A DNA stretch of 64,000 nt from a bacterium (GCA_963675295.2 CAXXKJ010000002.1:3648001-3712000); one strand, 5' to 3'; numbered from the stretch's first letter, positions 43,701-54,292 are shown. The notes: generated by a model from the sequence alone, not told the origin. Made by a program: numbers and translations.

Positions 43701-44181
43701 CAAGATTCACCTCTTCGCTGATGCCGGTTGCATTTTTCAGCCGGTACATGTCGTTAAAGGTGAGGTAATTCACGCCGCAGCAGATCAGGGGGGAATCGCC
43801 GAAAATCTGTTCACCGTAGGACTTATAGAATTCGAAGGCGAAATTGTCCGTTGTAATGACGATGTCATAGCGGGTTTTGCGGTGTTTCGCGATCAGGATG
43901 TTGCGCAGCAGCACCTGGTAGTCGCTGCCAACGTGCCGCTTGCTGTCCATGTACTCGATATGTAGGCTGAGACTGTCGGAGGCGAGCCGGTCAATCAGGC
44001 CATCGGTGATCTGATCCGTCCACAGGTAGCCTTCATGGTAGGAGTTCAGCAGCAGGACACGCTTGTTCGAGGCCGATTCCCCGGACACAGGCCGTTTTTC
44101 CTGGCCAAAAACTGTTCCAGCCTGCCACAGCAGCAGCAGAAACAGGGAAAACAGAAGTGTAGCACGAAACCTCACGGGCAT
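40750..44181 (-). CDS. hybrid sensor histidine kinase (periplasmic SBP-like domain, 3 PAS, HisKA, HATPase, receiver)
   Basis: LLLNSYHEGYLWT, PAS motifs, GGIAHDFNNLL, GSGLGLS, TDVIMP. Confidence 0.93.
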   Translation of the reverse strand: MPVRFRATLLFSLFLLLLWQAGTVFGQEKRPVSGESASNKRVLLLNSYHEGYLWTDQITDGLIDRLASDSLSLHIEYMDSKRHVGSDYQVLLRNILIAKHRKTRYDIVITTDNFAFEFYKSYGEQIFGDSPLICCGVNYLTFNDMYRLKNATGISEEVNLVDNFRLIKQLHPAVNRILVISDITNTGKRIQEEVDRIVRENGAELPEIEQISDVTIYELIDRLENLTPNTVVLHTLFTRDNKGQFFEFDEGTRLICDHSAAPVYGTWNFELGHGIVGGLLVDGYDLGLAVADIAKEVLAGTPAGDIPVRYETPTAYQFDYRQLKKFNISESQLPDGSEVLYGPVTFYRQYKTLIWNLAAAFLMLATALVGVTYGLVRTNQSRRELFRNEQNLRTTLMSIGDAVITTDTEGRVTRMNPVAETLTGWTQTAAEGKPLEDVFTIINAITRKPADNPVHAVLEQNEIIGLSNDTMLVAKGGKEYQIADSAAPIRAMDGSLEGVVLVFRDVTEEYQLQKRLKDNEAFLTNIYESIQDGIMVLDTNLTVLWVNGTMQKWYENEPVLTGKRCATCFNGTHEVEGCATRRCMISRKTETAIVRGVPGTEHEWFEVFSYPIIRESGEIIGVVEFVRDVTKRMQIESALRTSEMKLRTIIEQSNDAIYIIYNNKFDIINHKFTELTGVTAKDASDPDFTFMDYVDPKDRPMIKSRIEMREKGEHLSDMYEFTVLHKDGSKHDVQVSVSEIDYRDDTAILGILRDITSQKELERQLLQSQKIESIGHLAGGIAHDFNNLLTPIIGNSEMAMMSMDENNPIYEDIREINITATKAAELTRQLLAYSRKQVLSIALVNLNRLIREFETILRRTIREDIKLQFAYDDNVMMIRVDKPQVEQILMNLLINAQDAMPDGGRIMIETSTVKLDSESAVAHADFEPGTYTMLSVSDTGDGMDEETQAKIFDPFYTTKEVGQGSGLGLSTVYGIVKQHNGHIWVYSEPGTGTVFKIYFPAVEGEQETPVDSPAETAGQQRSAAILLVEDQDDVRSTTKKMLEFQGHTVYPAESGEKAIQIYKELGSTIDLLLTDVIMPGLNGSELYKSLKERNEGLKVIFMSGYDNDIISYHGILDDGIRFINKPITLKSLIESINEVLSEA

Positions 44182-44770
44182 CTGCGGACCCTTTGACCAA
44201 GATTCAGGTTCGGATTTTGGCCAGGCACGATTCTGATCGGGGTACTGGAGATTGACGGATACGCTCGATTCTCATCGTACTTATGATTCTTCTTATCCGC
44301 ATCACGATTTTGGCAAGGTAGTCAAGCCGGTCTTGGTCCGCAAGTACTTTCTTCTGCACCGGTTGGACAAGTCGTACGGCTCTGATTCCTGCGTGCCGCC
44401 TCGTTGACAGATGTACACAAACCAGTGCTGGCAAGTCACGTTTTATACTCAGAGTACATGGGCGCGGTATTTGAGTATCAGGGGAGTTGCGGCGTTTCGG
44501 GAGTGTAGATTCGGCCTGTTTCTTGCTCTCGCAACTTGTGTCATGCGCGGTTGTCCTCAAATGAAACTACCGTCTCCTACCGCAAGTTATCAGTTTTTGG
44601 GGTGCAGATATGCTGGAGGGAATCAGTTTTTGGCTTGCTATTCCCTAGATTTTTATGTAAATATCAGATTTACTATAAGAATAGAAGGCGTCGCAGATGT
44701 CGGCGTCACTCAGACTCATTACCGATACCCAGGAGTCGGTCGAGTATTTCGGGTCCTTAACAGGCACAAC

Positions 44771-47464
44771 ATGAAGCTTCGGTCAAAAACAGTTCTGCTT
44801 GCATTTCTACTCGGTCTATTGATTTGGATCATCGACGGAACAGTAGATTATCTAGCCTTTTACGAAGGAACGTGGTGGGAGGTCGTGTTCCTTGAGGTCA
44901 GCGGCAGCGAACTGTTTGATCGTGTGTTTGATGTCATCCTCGTTGTCGGAATCGCGTTGTATTTCGGCCGTTTTCTCGAATCCTACCTCGCCAGCCGGAA
45001 AGCTGCACTACTCAGCCAGTCCCGTTACGACAACCTGTACAATAACATGTTGGACGCCGTGATTCTCACCGATGGCCAGCGGAACTTGCGTCAATGCAAC
45101 CGGGCGTTCACACAGTTGTTCGGGTATGAGCCGGACGAATATATCGGGCAGAACATCCGGGTTTTATACAACAACGAAGCACAGTACGAGGAGATCGGTC
45201 AGAGAATCAGTCAGGCAGAGGGTCCGACGGAACTATTTGAAACGATTGTCTTCCGCAGGAAGGACGGGTCAACGTTTCCAGGCGAAGTGAGCGTCTTCTC
45301 GGAACACGATGAACGTGGGTTATTGACTTCGTCTGTCGGTGTAATCCGCGATATTTCGGAACGTGTTGAATTTGAGCACAAGCTCAATCACTTGAACAGC
45401 GTGCTCTTTGCCATCCGTCAGATCGACCAGTTGATCACCCGGGTCAGGGAACCGAATGAGCTACTCGACAAATCCTGTGAGATTCTTGAGAACAGCCGCA
45501 GCTACAAGAGCGTGTGGATCGTTCGTGTCGATGGTGAAGGCAATGCGATTCACATTTCCGGGAGAAACAGTGAACCCGGTTTCGTGGCCCGTTACAACGA
45601 ACTTCTTGGCCAAGCGCTTCCCCCCTGTGTCATTCAAGCTTTCCGTGACAAGTCACTAGTAAATATCAGCGCCAATCCCGACATCTGTGAACTTTGCAGG
45701 TTGCGCAAAGATGCAAAATCGCATTGCACCACGGCATTACGGATTCAGTATGAAGACACCACGTATGCAATCATGGTTCTCTCCGGCCCGGAGAAGTACA
45801 TCCACACCGAGGAAGAAACCGCGCTGATCCAGGAGCTGGCGGACGATATCGCGTACGCGATGCACATGATCGAAATGGAAAGAAAGCGTGCCGAATCGGA
45901 AGAACAGGTTCGCATCGCACAGAACCGCATGCAGAGTTTGTTCGGTGTCATGCCGGTCGGTGTCGGCTTGATTGACTCCGACCGGAATATCATCGAGATC
46001 AACGACTACATCACGCGCGAGTTCGGCTACACGCGTGAGGAATTGATCGGAAAAAACACGCACGATCTCTACATCAATGAAGACGAGTACAACCGGGTCC
46101 GGGTCGAGATCAACGAAAAGATTGACCGGCAGGGGCTGGGTTCGATACAGACCTACTGGAAGCATAAAAACGGAAACGCCGTCCCAATTCTTCTTGCCTC
46201 GCGTTGGATCAATCCGGATGATCACAGCCAGGGCTCAACATTCTCCGTGCTGGACATCTCCGAACGTCTCGCGGACGTTGAGGAACGCGAAAAGCTGCGC
46301 GCCCAGGTGCACCAGGCGCAGAAGATGGAGGCGATCGGACGTCTCGCTGGTGGTGTCGCCCACGACTTCAACAACATGCTGAGCGTCATCCTCGGCAATG
46401 TCGAAATCGTACTTGACACCCTCCCGGAAGGGTTGGACGTCGAGGTAGAATTGACTGAAATCCAGCAAGCCGCTGAACGCTCGGCAGCGTTGACCCGCCA
46501 GTTGCTGATGTTCTCACGCAAACAGATCTCTTCCCCGCGCACCATCAACTTGAACGAAGTAATCTACAACCAGTCGCAGATGTTGATCCGGCTGATCGGT
46601 GAAAATATCAAATTCGAATTCCAGGCTGAGCCGGAGCTTGGCAACATCTTCCTCGACCCGGCGCAGGCGGACCAGATATTTGCCAACTTGACGGTCAACG
46701 CGCGTGATGCGATCAACGGCACCGGCGAAATTCGGGTCCGCACCCGCAACGTCACCCTGAATGACAAGGTTGACGGGATTCAGCCGGAACCTCTGTCAGG
46801 CAAGTTTGTCGAGGTCATGTTTGCGGATAACGGTTCCGGGATGGACAGGGAAACGGCTGCTCGGATCTTTGAGCCCTTCTTCACGACCAAAGACCTCGAA
46901 TCAGGCACCGGACTTGGCCTGGCAACGGTCTACGGTATCGTTTCGCAGGCTCATGGCGGTGTCCGTGTGGTCAGCCGTCCCGATACTGGAACGACCTTCT
47001 ACCTCTACTTCCCGATGGTGACGGAAGAAGCCGTTTCACTTATTTCGGAACCGGAACCGGTCAATTCTGCCACCCCGGCAGCGGTGCTGGTGGTCGAAGA
47101 TGAGGAAAAGGTCCGTAACCTGGCGTGCCGGCTGCTCGAACAGTGTGGGCATAAGGTTTACAGCGCCGCGTTGCCCAGTTCAGCGTTGAAAATCGTCGAG
47201 GAACACGGATCAGAAATCGAATTGGTTCTGACCGATGTGATCATGCCGGAGATGAACGGACGGGACCTGGTGGCTGAGATTACAAAGCGCCATCCTCAGG
47301 TCCGTTCGCTGTACAGGTCCGCCTTCGAAGCTGAAACCATCGCGCATGAAGGCGTATTGGATCCCGGTGTCCCCTTCCTGCCAAAACCCTTCACCATCAA
47401 CGAGTTCAAGACGAAGATCGTTGAAGCGTTGAGTGAGGAAACCCAGCCCCTCGGTACAAAGTAG
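44771..47464 (+). CDS. hybrid sensor histidine kinase (TM, PAS, GAF, PAS, HisKA, HATPase, receiver)
   Basis: GGVAHDFNNML, GTGLGLA, TDVIMP; probable start at 44771. Confidence 0.93.
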   Translation: MKLRSKTVLLAFLLGLLIWIIDGTVDYLAFYEGTWWEVVFLEVSGSELFDRVFDVILVVGIALYFGRFLESYLASRKAALLSQSRYDNLYNNMLDAVILTDGQRNLRQCNRAFTQLFGYEPDEYIGQNIRVLYNNEAQYEEIGQRISQAEGPTELFETIVFRRKDGSTFPGEVSVFSEHDERGLLTSSVGVIRDISERVEFEHKLNHLNSVLFAIRQIDQLITRVREPNELLDKSCEILENSRSYKSVWIVRVDGEGNAIHISGRNSEPGFVARYNELLGQALPPCVIQAFRDKSLVNISANPDICELCRLRKDAKSHCTTALRIQYEDTTYAIMVLSGPEKYIHTEEETALIQELADDIAYAMHMIEMERKRAESEEQVRIAQNRMQSLFGVMPVGVGLIDSDRNIIEINDYITREFGYTREELIGKNTHDLYINEDEYNRVRVEINEKIDRQGLGSIQTYWKHKNGNAVPILLASRWINPDDHSQGSTFSVLDISERLADVEEREKLRAQVHQAQKMEAIGRLAGGVAHDFNNMLSVILGNVEIVLDTLPEGLDVEVELTEIQQAAERSAALTRQLLMFSRKQISSPRTINLNEVIYNQSQMLIRLIGENIKFEFQAEPELGNIFLDPAQADQIFANLTVNARDAINGTGEIRVRTRNVTLNDKVDGIQPEPLSGKFVEVMFADNGSGMDRETAARIFEPFFTTKDLESGTGLGLATVYGIVSQAHGGVRVVSRPDTGTTFYLYFPMVTEEAVSLISEPEPVNSATPAAVLVVEDEEKVRNLACRLLEQCGHKVYSAALPSSALKIVEEHGSEIELVLTDVIMPEMNGRDLVAEITKRHPQVRSLYRSAFEAETIAHEGVLDPGVPFLPKPFTINEFKTKIVEALSEETQPLGTK

Positions 47465-47582
47465 CCCTTGGTTCTGCATCCGGACCTCCCGCGGAGTCCT
47501 TGAGCTGTCTCGCTCATGAGTTAGCCCGTTTCAGGGTCGTATACTCCTGCCGCTGACGAGTGATAGATCTGGAGGACTGACC

Positions 47583-48329
47583 ATGTATACCGTAGTGTTG
47601 CTCCGTCACGGCGAATCGGTCTGGAACAAGGAAAACCGGTTTACCGGTTGGACCGATGTCACGCTGTCGGAAAAGGGCATTGAGGAAGCAAAGGCCGCGG
47701 GCCGCACGCTGGCCGAAAAAGGATACGATTTCGACGTCGTTTATACGTCCGTCTTGCAGCGCGCGCTGTTGACCACCAACTACGCGCTGACCGAGATGGA
47801 CCGTCTCTGGCTTCCGGTGAACAAGCACTGGCGGCTCAACGAACGTCATTACGGCGCGTTGCAGGGCCTGAACAAGGCCGAGATGGCGGCGAAGTATGGC
47901 GACGAACAGGTTCACATCTGGCGCCGTAGCTACGACACCCGTCCCCCCGCACTGGAATGGGACGACGAGCGCAATCCGCGCAACGACCGCCGCTACGCCG
48001 ATCTCACGGACGAACAGATCCCACTGGCGGAATGCCTCAAGGATACGGTTGACCGCTTCGTGCCGTATTGGAAGGACACCTTGGCGCCGGCAATCAAGTC
48101 GGGCAAGCGTGTGCTGATCTCCGCTCATGGTAACAGCTTGCGCGCGCTGGTCAAGTACCTTGACAAGATCAGTGACGACGAGATCACCGGCCTGAATATT
48201 CCGACCGGGATTCCGTTGGTGTACAAGCTGGACGAGAACCTGCAGCCGACCGAACACTTCTACCTCGGCGATGAAGACACGGTGAAAAAGGCGCAGGCCG
48301 CAGTTGCTGCCCAGGGCAAGGCGAAGTAA
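47583..48329 (+). CDS. gpmA: 2,3-bisphosphoglycerate-dependent phosphoglycerate mutase
   Basis: [36 protein letters not shown]. Confidence 0.98.
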   Translation: MYTVVLLRHGESVWNKENRFTGWTDVTLSEKGIEEAKAAGRTLAEKGYDFDVVYTSVLQRALLTTNYALTEMDRLWLPVNKHWRLNERHYGALQGLNKAEMAAKYGDEQVHIWRRSYDTRPPALEWDDERNPRNDRRYADLTDEQIPLAECLKDTVDRFVPYWKDTLAPAIKSGKRVLISAHGNSLRALVKYLDKISDDEITGLNIPTGIPLVYKLDENLQPTEHFYLGDEDTVKKAQAAVAAQGKAK

Positions 48330-48355
48330 GCCGGACCGGGTCCGTATGAGTTTCC

Positions 48356-48385
48356 ACCCCCGATCCGTACTGGGTCGGGGGTTTC
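48356..48385 (+). terminator. intrinsic terminator after gpmA
   Basis: acccccgatcc-gtact-gggtcgggggt-ttc. Confidence 0.65.
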
Positions 48386-48548
48386 GTATCTCCAACCGGT
48401 TGTTTTCCGGCGTGGTTACCGGGTTCCCGCAACTCTGCGGATCGGGTCTCGTGATTCCGTTCAAGTTGTCTTACATTAGCGTAGTGTGAATCGTGTAGCC
48501 GCCAGCGTTTGCGGCGACAATTCCAGCTATCCCGTACCACGGCAGGCC

Positions 48549-50018
48549 ATGATCCCAATTGACCCGGCACAGGCTGGCAATACGGGACTGATCCAACTGG
48601 CGGATCAGACCTATACGACGATTCAGTCCGCGTTTTCGCGTCTGATTCGGTCGCTGGAATTGGCTGCCGCGGCGACTGAGCGATACACGGAGTATGAGCG
48701 TGCGGAGATGTCCGTTGCGTCCGAATTCTGGCAATCGCGTCAGGAACGGTTCAACGCCATCCTTTCCGCCAACGAACGGCTCCGCCAGCCGGTTCTCGAT
48801 CGTCTGGCTGCCACCTTACCGCCGAACCGGGCGATCCTGCGCTTTAGCCTCGAACGCCTGAACAACGACTTCTTCCAGTTGTTTTCCGAATACGGACCGG
48901 ATCGTCTCGACGTGCTCGGCACGGTCATCTCGTCGTTCAATCAGCAGGACCCGTCGGTCAACCTGAATCTGCTTTCGCATGTGCTTGAGGGCGCGCCGAA
49001 TTTCTATGTGCCGTTGATGTTGAAGGGATCGTTGCTGCTGGAGTCGGGGATCTCCATCTCGGAAGCGCCGGCGTTGCTCGAACGTGCGGCCGACAATCCG
49101 CCCCAGGCCGATAATCCGAACCGGTACCGCATCCTCGCACTGGAGCTGCTTGGGGAAGCGTTGGTGCGCAACAACCGGGAGAGTGATGCCGCCCGTGCCT
49201 ATCGCCGAGCGCACAAGCTCGACCTCGAAAACCCGCTGTTCCATTACCTTACTGCCCGCGCCCTCGCTCATGGGCGGAAATCGTCAGACGCGTTGGAAGC
49301 CTTTGACCGCGCGGTGAAGGTCGATTCGTCCTACTATCCACTGGCACTGTTGGACGACAGCTTCGAGGTCATCCGGGACGTGATCAAAGATCGTTTGACC
49401 GATCGCACCTTGCAGTGGGCCGATACGATCGAGTCAGTGTTACGCATGGCGGACACCGTCCATGTGATCGCGGAAGACTACGGCCTGATTGACCACCCGA
49501 CCGTCGCCCGTGGATCGCAGGAACTGATCCAGATCAAGGACAAAGTCACCACGCAATCGTATACGCTCTACCGTGAACTCGGCCTGGTCCAGCTGCCCGA
49601 ATGGATCAAGAGCTGGGTGGGGCATGTGCAGGACACACTGCAGAATTCGCTGAAAGCCCGCTATGAGTCGATCCAGGCCTACAACCACGCGCTGCTCGAC
49701 ACAGTCAAAGACTACCGCAAGCACTGGGTGAAAACCTGGGGGATCGGCTGGTTTGCGGTCGGCTTCCTGCTGATGGTCGTCCTCGTACTCGCCCGTCAGC
49801 CGGTACTCGCCGCGATCTATTTTTACGTGATGTGGATTCTGTCGGGCTACTTCCTGCGGCTGTTCCTCGACAGCCGGAAACGTTCCCAGCTGCTCGATCA
49901 ACGCAAGAATCCGGCGATGCTGCAACCGGTTGAGGACGATATCGACCTCATCGGACGTATTCGTTCCGAGATGCTGGTGCTGCTGGAGAAGCAAACAGAT
50001 ATCGAGCAGGAGTTGTAG
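48549..50018 (+). CDS. TPR-containing protein with two C-terminal TM helices
   Basis: TPR-like helices (ALELLGEAL...AYRRAHKLD; HYLTARAL...AFDRAVKVD) and a hydrophobic hairpin. Confidence 0.7.
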   Translation: MIPIDPAQAGNTGLIQLADQTYTTIQSAFSRLIRSLELAAAATERYTEYERAEMSVASEFWQSRQERFNAILSANERLRQPVLDRLAATLPPNRAILRFSLERLNNDFFQLFSEYGPDRLDVLGTVISSFNQQDPSVNLNLLSHVLEGAPNFYVPLMLKGSLLLESGISISEAPALLERAADNPPQADNPNRYRILALELLGEALVRNNRESDAARAYRRAHKLDLENPLFHYLTARALAHGRKSSDALEAFDRAVKVDSSYYPLALLDDSFEVIRDVIKDRLTDRTLQWADTIESVLRMADTVHVIAEDYGLIDHPTVARGSQELIQIKDKVTTQSYTLYRELGLVQLPEWIKSWVGHVQDTLQNSLKARYESIQAYNHALLDTVKDYRKHWVKTWGIGWFAVGFLLMVVLVLARQPVLAAIYFYVMWILSGYFLRLFLDSRKRSQLLDQRKNPAMLQPVEDDIDLIGRIRSEMLVLLEKQTDIEQEL

Positions 50019-50035
50019 CGGACATCAAGCGGCGT

Positions 50036-51085
50036 TCAGTCTTCGGGCGCGGCCGGCAGGTACACGGTGAATGTGCTGCCTTCCCCTTCGGAGCTGTCCA
50101 GATCAACCCACCCGCCGTGCTGTTTCACAATGCTGTGCACATTCGGCAGGCCGAGGCCGGTGCCCTTGCCGGTAGATTTTGTCGTGAAGAACGGTTCGAA
50201 GATGCGATCCTGCACCTCGCGCGGAATCCCAACGCCGGTATCCTTCACCGCGATCAGCAGGTACGTTCCCGGTTCTACGCCGGCCTGCGGAAGTTCACTC
50301 GGTGTCAGGAAATTCCGTCGTTGCACGACAACCGACAGCGTTCCACCCTCGGGCATCGCGTCGCGCGCGTTAACGAACAGGTTGACCAGGACCTGGCTCA
50401 AACGGTTGGCGTCGCCCTTGACTGTCGGCAGGTCCGGTTCCATTTCGGTCTCGACCTGCACCCGTTCCCAGTCCGCGTGGCTGACCAGCGACATGGTTTC
50501 GTCAACCAGGTTCGCAATGTCAAGCGGGTACGGTGTGAATGGCTGCGGTTTGCTGAACGTCAGCAGCCGGTTGATCATCGCGGCACCCTTCTGCGTCGCC
50601 TTGATCACCGATTCGGCCACACTGCGCTGCTTGTCGACCAACGTTTCATCGTTGCGCAACACCAGCGCGTTCCCACGGATGATGGTCAGGATGTTGTTGA
50701 AATCGTGCGCGATCCCTCCCGCGAGGCGCCCGAGCGATTCCATCCGTTGCTGATGGATGTAGCGATCCGTATGCTGCTTGCGACGGCTCATGTCGCTGAT
50801 GTGCACGATGCACGCACTGCCGAATTCCTTGAGGCGAACCCGATACGCTACCAGCTGGACTTCCCGTGGCTTGCTCTTGATCGCGATTTCGGAAATGGAT
50901 TCAAACGTGGGCTGCGCAGCGGTTTCGAGCAACAGGTCAGGCCAGTCACCGGGGAGTTCGTCGTAGACGTGCCCAAGAACCTCGTCCTCTTTGATCCCCG
51001 TCAGGTTGAGCATGCCGCGGTTCCACATCGCAATCCTGCCAGCCGGATCGAGAATGAACGTCGGCAGCAGACCGCTACGCATCAC
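50036..51085 (-). CDS. PAS sensor histidine kinase
   Basis: GGIAHDFNNIL, NLFVNARDAMP, GTGLGL; start uncertain. Confidence 0.9.
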   Translation of the reverse strand: MMRSGLLPTFILDPAGRIAMWNRGMLNLTGIKEDEVLGHVYDELPGDWPDLLLETAAQPTFESISEIAIKSKPREVQLVAYRVRLKEFGSACIVHISDMSRRKQHTDRYIHQQRMESLGRLAGGIAHDFNNILTIIRGNALVLRNDETLVDKQRSVAESVIKATQKGAAMINRLLTFSKPQPFTPYPLDIANLVDETMSLVSHADWERVQVETEMEPDLPTVKGDANRLSQVLVNLFVNARDAMPEGGTLSVVVQRRNFLTPSELPQAGVEPGTYLLIAVKDTGVGIPREVQDRIFEPFFTTKSTGKGTGLGLPNVHSIVKQHGGWVDLDSSEGEGSTFTVYLPAAPED

Positions 51086-51531
51086 CTGGTCGAGGTGTTC
51101 GGAAGATATGGGCAGCAGGTCAGTGATTGTGTTCTCCTGGCCTGTTTGGTGGAAGTTTTGTGTAACGCTGTGTTTGCCAGCCCCGCCGTCGATTCAAGTA
51201 ACGGCGTCCCCTGGGCCGAGTAAAGCACAGCGACCCATGCCATCAGTGCGAATGGAGCCCGTGGATCGGATTGCCCAAAGGTGCATCACTGAGAGGCCCA
51301 ATCGCAAGGTTTGATCGTAGATTCGCGTGTACTATAATTGTCCATTCGCTCGTGGGGAACTCTTCTTGTTGAGTTCGTATTTGGTCCCTTTTGCGAATTT
51401 ATGTTTTTTGGGAAAAGCCGCAACCGTTGGGATTTTAAGGAATTGTACGGTATTAGGCTTCAAGGGAAACAGGTTAAAAATTTGTCGCAATGAGCGAGCG
51501 CGGATTGGACCGTGCTCCGGAGACTCTCGAC

Positions 51532-51861
51532 ATGCAGAAAATGTACTACAGCATCAAGGAGGCGTCTGAGCTACTCGACCTGCCGGCTCATGTGCTCCGG
51601 TATTGGGAAACGGAGTTCAAGGAGTTGAGTCCCCGGAAGAACCGGGGAGGGAACCGAATTTATCGTGAAAATGACATTCAGCTGTTGCATGAACTGAAGG
51701 AATTGCTGCACGAGCGCCGGTTTACCATCGAAGGCGCGCGCAATGAACTGAAACGCCGGCGTTCAGACTCAAGTAGTGAAGACACGGTAGAACAACGATC
51801 ACAGGTACTGCGGGAAGCACGACAGACGATTCGTGAGGTGCTCGAGCTGCTGGACGCGTAA
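51532..51861 (+). CDS. MerR family HTH transcriptional regulator
   Basis: YYSIKEASELLDLPAHVLRYWETEF..RGGNRIY..FTIEGAR; this subfamily commonly precedes tRNA-Pro(GGG). Confidence 0.92.
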   Translation: MQKMYYSIKEASELLDLPAHVLRYWETEFKELSPRKNRGGNRIYRENDIQLLHELKELLHERRFTIEGARNELKRRRSDSSSEDTVEQRSQVLREARQTIREVLELLDA

Positions 51862-52102
51862 ACGCACGCTCACTGCCACCGTGGTCGCTACGACCCCGCT
51901 GACAGACCGCCTCCCGTATCGCTTGCCCGGTCAACCGGATCGGCCTATCTTCATCGTCGCCTCGCGACGGGCGGGAGAAGTGTCTTCCGGCGGCGGGGTG
52001 ACGTGTTTTGCTGGTGACCGCATGGTGTGAGCGGGTCGATGTGGACGGACTGGCCCGGAATCATGTCGTACACCAATGTACAGTCTGGATGCACAGTCAA
52101 TT

Positions 52103-52176
52103 CGGAGCGTGGCGCAGCCCGGTAGCGCACCTGACTGGGGGTCAGGGGGTCGCTGGTTCAAATCCAGTCGCTCCGA
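52103..52176 (+). tRNA. tRNA-Pro(GGG)
   Basis: CGGAGCG/CGCTCCG acceptor stem, CCTGA-ctGGGgg-TCAGG anticodon arm, GGTTCAAATCC T-arm; CCA not encoded. Confidence 0.97.
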
Positions 52177-52223
52177 CATTGGATAGTAAGGGGTTAGCAG
52201 AAATGCTGATCCCTTTTCTCTGT

Positions 52224-52343
52224 CCATGGGGCACTGGTGGGGCAGAAACCGCCAAAATCCTCAGCTGGTAGCAGCCATTCACCCTCTGCCTTTTTTCCCA
52301 GATTCCTGCATATTTACACGCTGAGTGCCCCGTGAGTGCCCCA
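52224..52343. promoter_or_regulatory. putative integrase arm-type sites (TGGGGCACTCA-like repeats)
   Basis: ccatggggcactggtggggcag (52224-52245) and tgagtgccccgtgagtgcccca (52322-52343); a matching ccatggggcactcatggggcag lies at 61809-61830. Confidence 0.65.
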
Positions 52344-52519
52344 CATAAAAAGAGTCTGCCGGAAATCTCAAGATTTATAAGGTTTTCAGCAGGCTGTTCT
52401 TCTGAATACTAATCAGGTGTTGACTTCGTTCGGGGTGTTTGTTGCTTGAGGAGGTTGCTGGTGGGGGTCGTGTTAGACACGGCATGATTTCACCGGCAGC
52501 GAAGCCCGGGAGAGGCACC

Positions 52520-53047
52520 ATGGCGAATATCGAACGCAGGAAAGCGAAAGACGGTTCAACGTCCTACCGTGTGAAGATTCGTCATCAGGGGCACTCTAAC
52601 GAAACAAATACATTCGGCAAGCCGACAGAAGCCCGGGATTGGGCACAGGAAACCGAAGCCAGCATTCAGGCGGGACGGTATCTCCCCTCCATGGAAGCAC
52701 GGAAGCACACCCTTAGCGATCTGGTGGATCGGTACCTCAAGAACGTGATCCCGGAAAAGAAGAGCGGCAAGGATCAGGTGTACCAGCTTGAATGGTGGCG
52801 TGATCGAATCGGAACGTATCCGCTCGCCAGTGTAACGGCTGCTCTGATTTCCGAATGCCGGGACGAATTGAAGCAGAGCGGCAAGAGCAATGCAACGGTA
52901 AATCGGTTCCTTGCCGTGCTAAGCCATGCGTTCACCCTTGCCGAGCGTGAATGGGAGTGGATCGATCAGAACCCGTTCCGCAAAGTGTCCAAGCTGAAAG
53001 AGCCACGAGGGCGCGTACGTTTCCTCCTGCCGGGAATCACCGAATGA
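52520..53047 (+). pseudogene. truncated tyrosine recombinase/integrase (arm-binding and core-binding domains only)
   Basis: MANIERRK..YRVKIR, SNATVNRFLAVLSHAF..A.REWEWIDQNP, ends at RVRFL before the catalytic domain. Confidence 0.9.
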
Positions 53048-53145
53048 CGTTTGACTCATCCGACTTTGCGAGCGCTTTGTATTTCATCCGTGCAACGGTA
53101 TCCGGTCAAATGGACCAGGTGCAAAAAATGATGTTGGTGAGGTGA
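53026..53145 (+). pseudogene. orphan fragment of a secreted-protein C-terminal sorting domain
   Basis: Alternative frame reads AGNHRMTFDSSDFASALYFIRATVSGQMDQVQKMMLVR*, resembling T9SS/FlgD-like tails. Confidence 0.65.
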
Positions 53146-53611
53146 CCGCCAAGGGTACCGACCAGAAAACTCAAGAGCTTAAAGTAGCATTCGGTTCATT
53201 TTGTCGAAATAAACCAACCTGTGCGGTTACGTGGATCGTAGAGGGTGTTTGACCTCAAAAGATAGACTCCGCTAACATTTAGATATTGTTAGCTTTGCCG
53301 AAAAGATGATCGTCACACTAGACTGATGCAAAACCAGTTCCTAAGATTAATTTGACAGAATTGCAGGTTTGGTCGCCTTCAATAATCAGAATCTGACTAG
53401 ACATATAACAATAGTTGTAATTTAGATAGATTCAATGTTGAATGATCGCAGTTAGTGAGAGACAGGATAGGGGGATGAGTATGTCAAGTCTTGCGAATTT
53501 TGATTTTTTGGATTATTTTTAGGCCGATGTCAAGAGATGCAAGTGGTGCTTACTTAGGGGGAAACACCACTTTCCGTGACGCCCCTCCGGGACAACCGAT
53601 GAATTGAGGTT

Positions 53612-54292
53612 GTGGTGGCGCTGCACAATGTAACCAGGTTCTTGGCAATCTGGATGATCGTATCGTTATCGTTTTTGTCCGTGGGTTTTGCATCTGAGAA
53701 ACCCGCGTCGCCAGCCTCTGTTCAACCCAAGGTTCGCCCTCAACAGCCAGTTTCTGAACGGATGAAACTCAATTCGTCCGAATGGTCGCAGCCCTCTCTG
53801 CAGCTCCACGCTCGCACCCTGCCGGACAGCCTCGATGTTCAACGCGGAAAGCAGGATCAGGGGAAGAGTATCAGCACTGGCGTCCCGACCTTCGATTTCG
53901 AGATTCAGACGGATCCGGTGATCTACTACGAGGTCCCCGGCGCACCCGGCGAATACCAGGGCCAGCAACCGATCCACCTTCAGATCACCAGCAACGCGAG
54001 CCAGTTTGAGCTTGACGATATCACCTGGCGTCTTCACTGCCGGATGGACTCGCTCCGTTCGTCTGACGACACATTCGACCTTGAACGCTTCCAGGTACGT
54101 GTCGCAGGCCAGGGGGAGTATGCACCGTTGAGCCAACCGCTGGTAGTGTTGCAGCAGACGGGAATGCAGAATCCACAGCAGGTGGATTTAGATGTGAAAT
54201 TCCTCGTCAGCCTGGGGGATCGTGCCGGAGATTACAACGGCGGGTTGACGTTTGAGCTTGAGTTGGTGGATGAAGTAGTGGAAGTTGAGTAG
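53612..54292 (+). CDS. secreted pilin/WxL-like beta-sandwich protein
   Basis: Signal peptide, linker, C-terminal AGDYNGGLTFELEL strand. Confidence 0.65.
   Translation: MVALHNVTRFLAIWMIVSLSFLSVGFASEKPASPASVQPKVRPQQPVSERMKLNSSEWSQPSLQLHARTLPDSLDVQRGKQDQGKSISTGVPTFDFEIQTDPVIYYEVPGAPGEYQGQQPIHLQITSNASQFELDDITWRLHCRMDSLRSSDDTFDLERFQVRVAGQGEYAPLSQPLVVLQQTGMQNPQQVDLDVKFLVSLGDRAGDYNGGLTFELELVDEVVEVE

Noticed and set aside
44411-44770. 120-aa N-terminal extension of the hybrid kinase
   Set aside because: AT-rich, promoter-like DNA between divergent genes; ATG 44771 begins a plausible membrane anchor.
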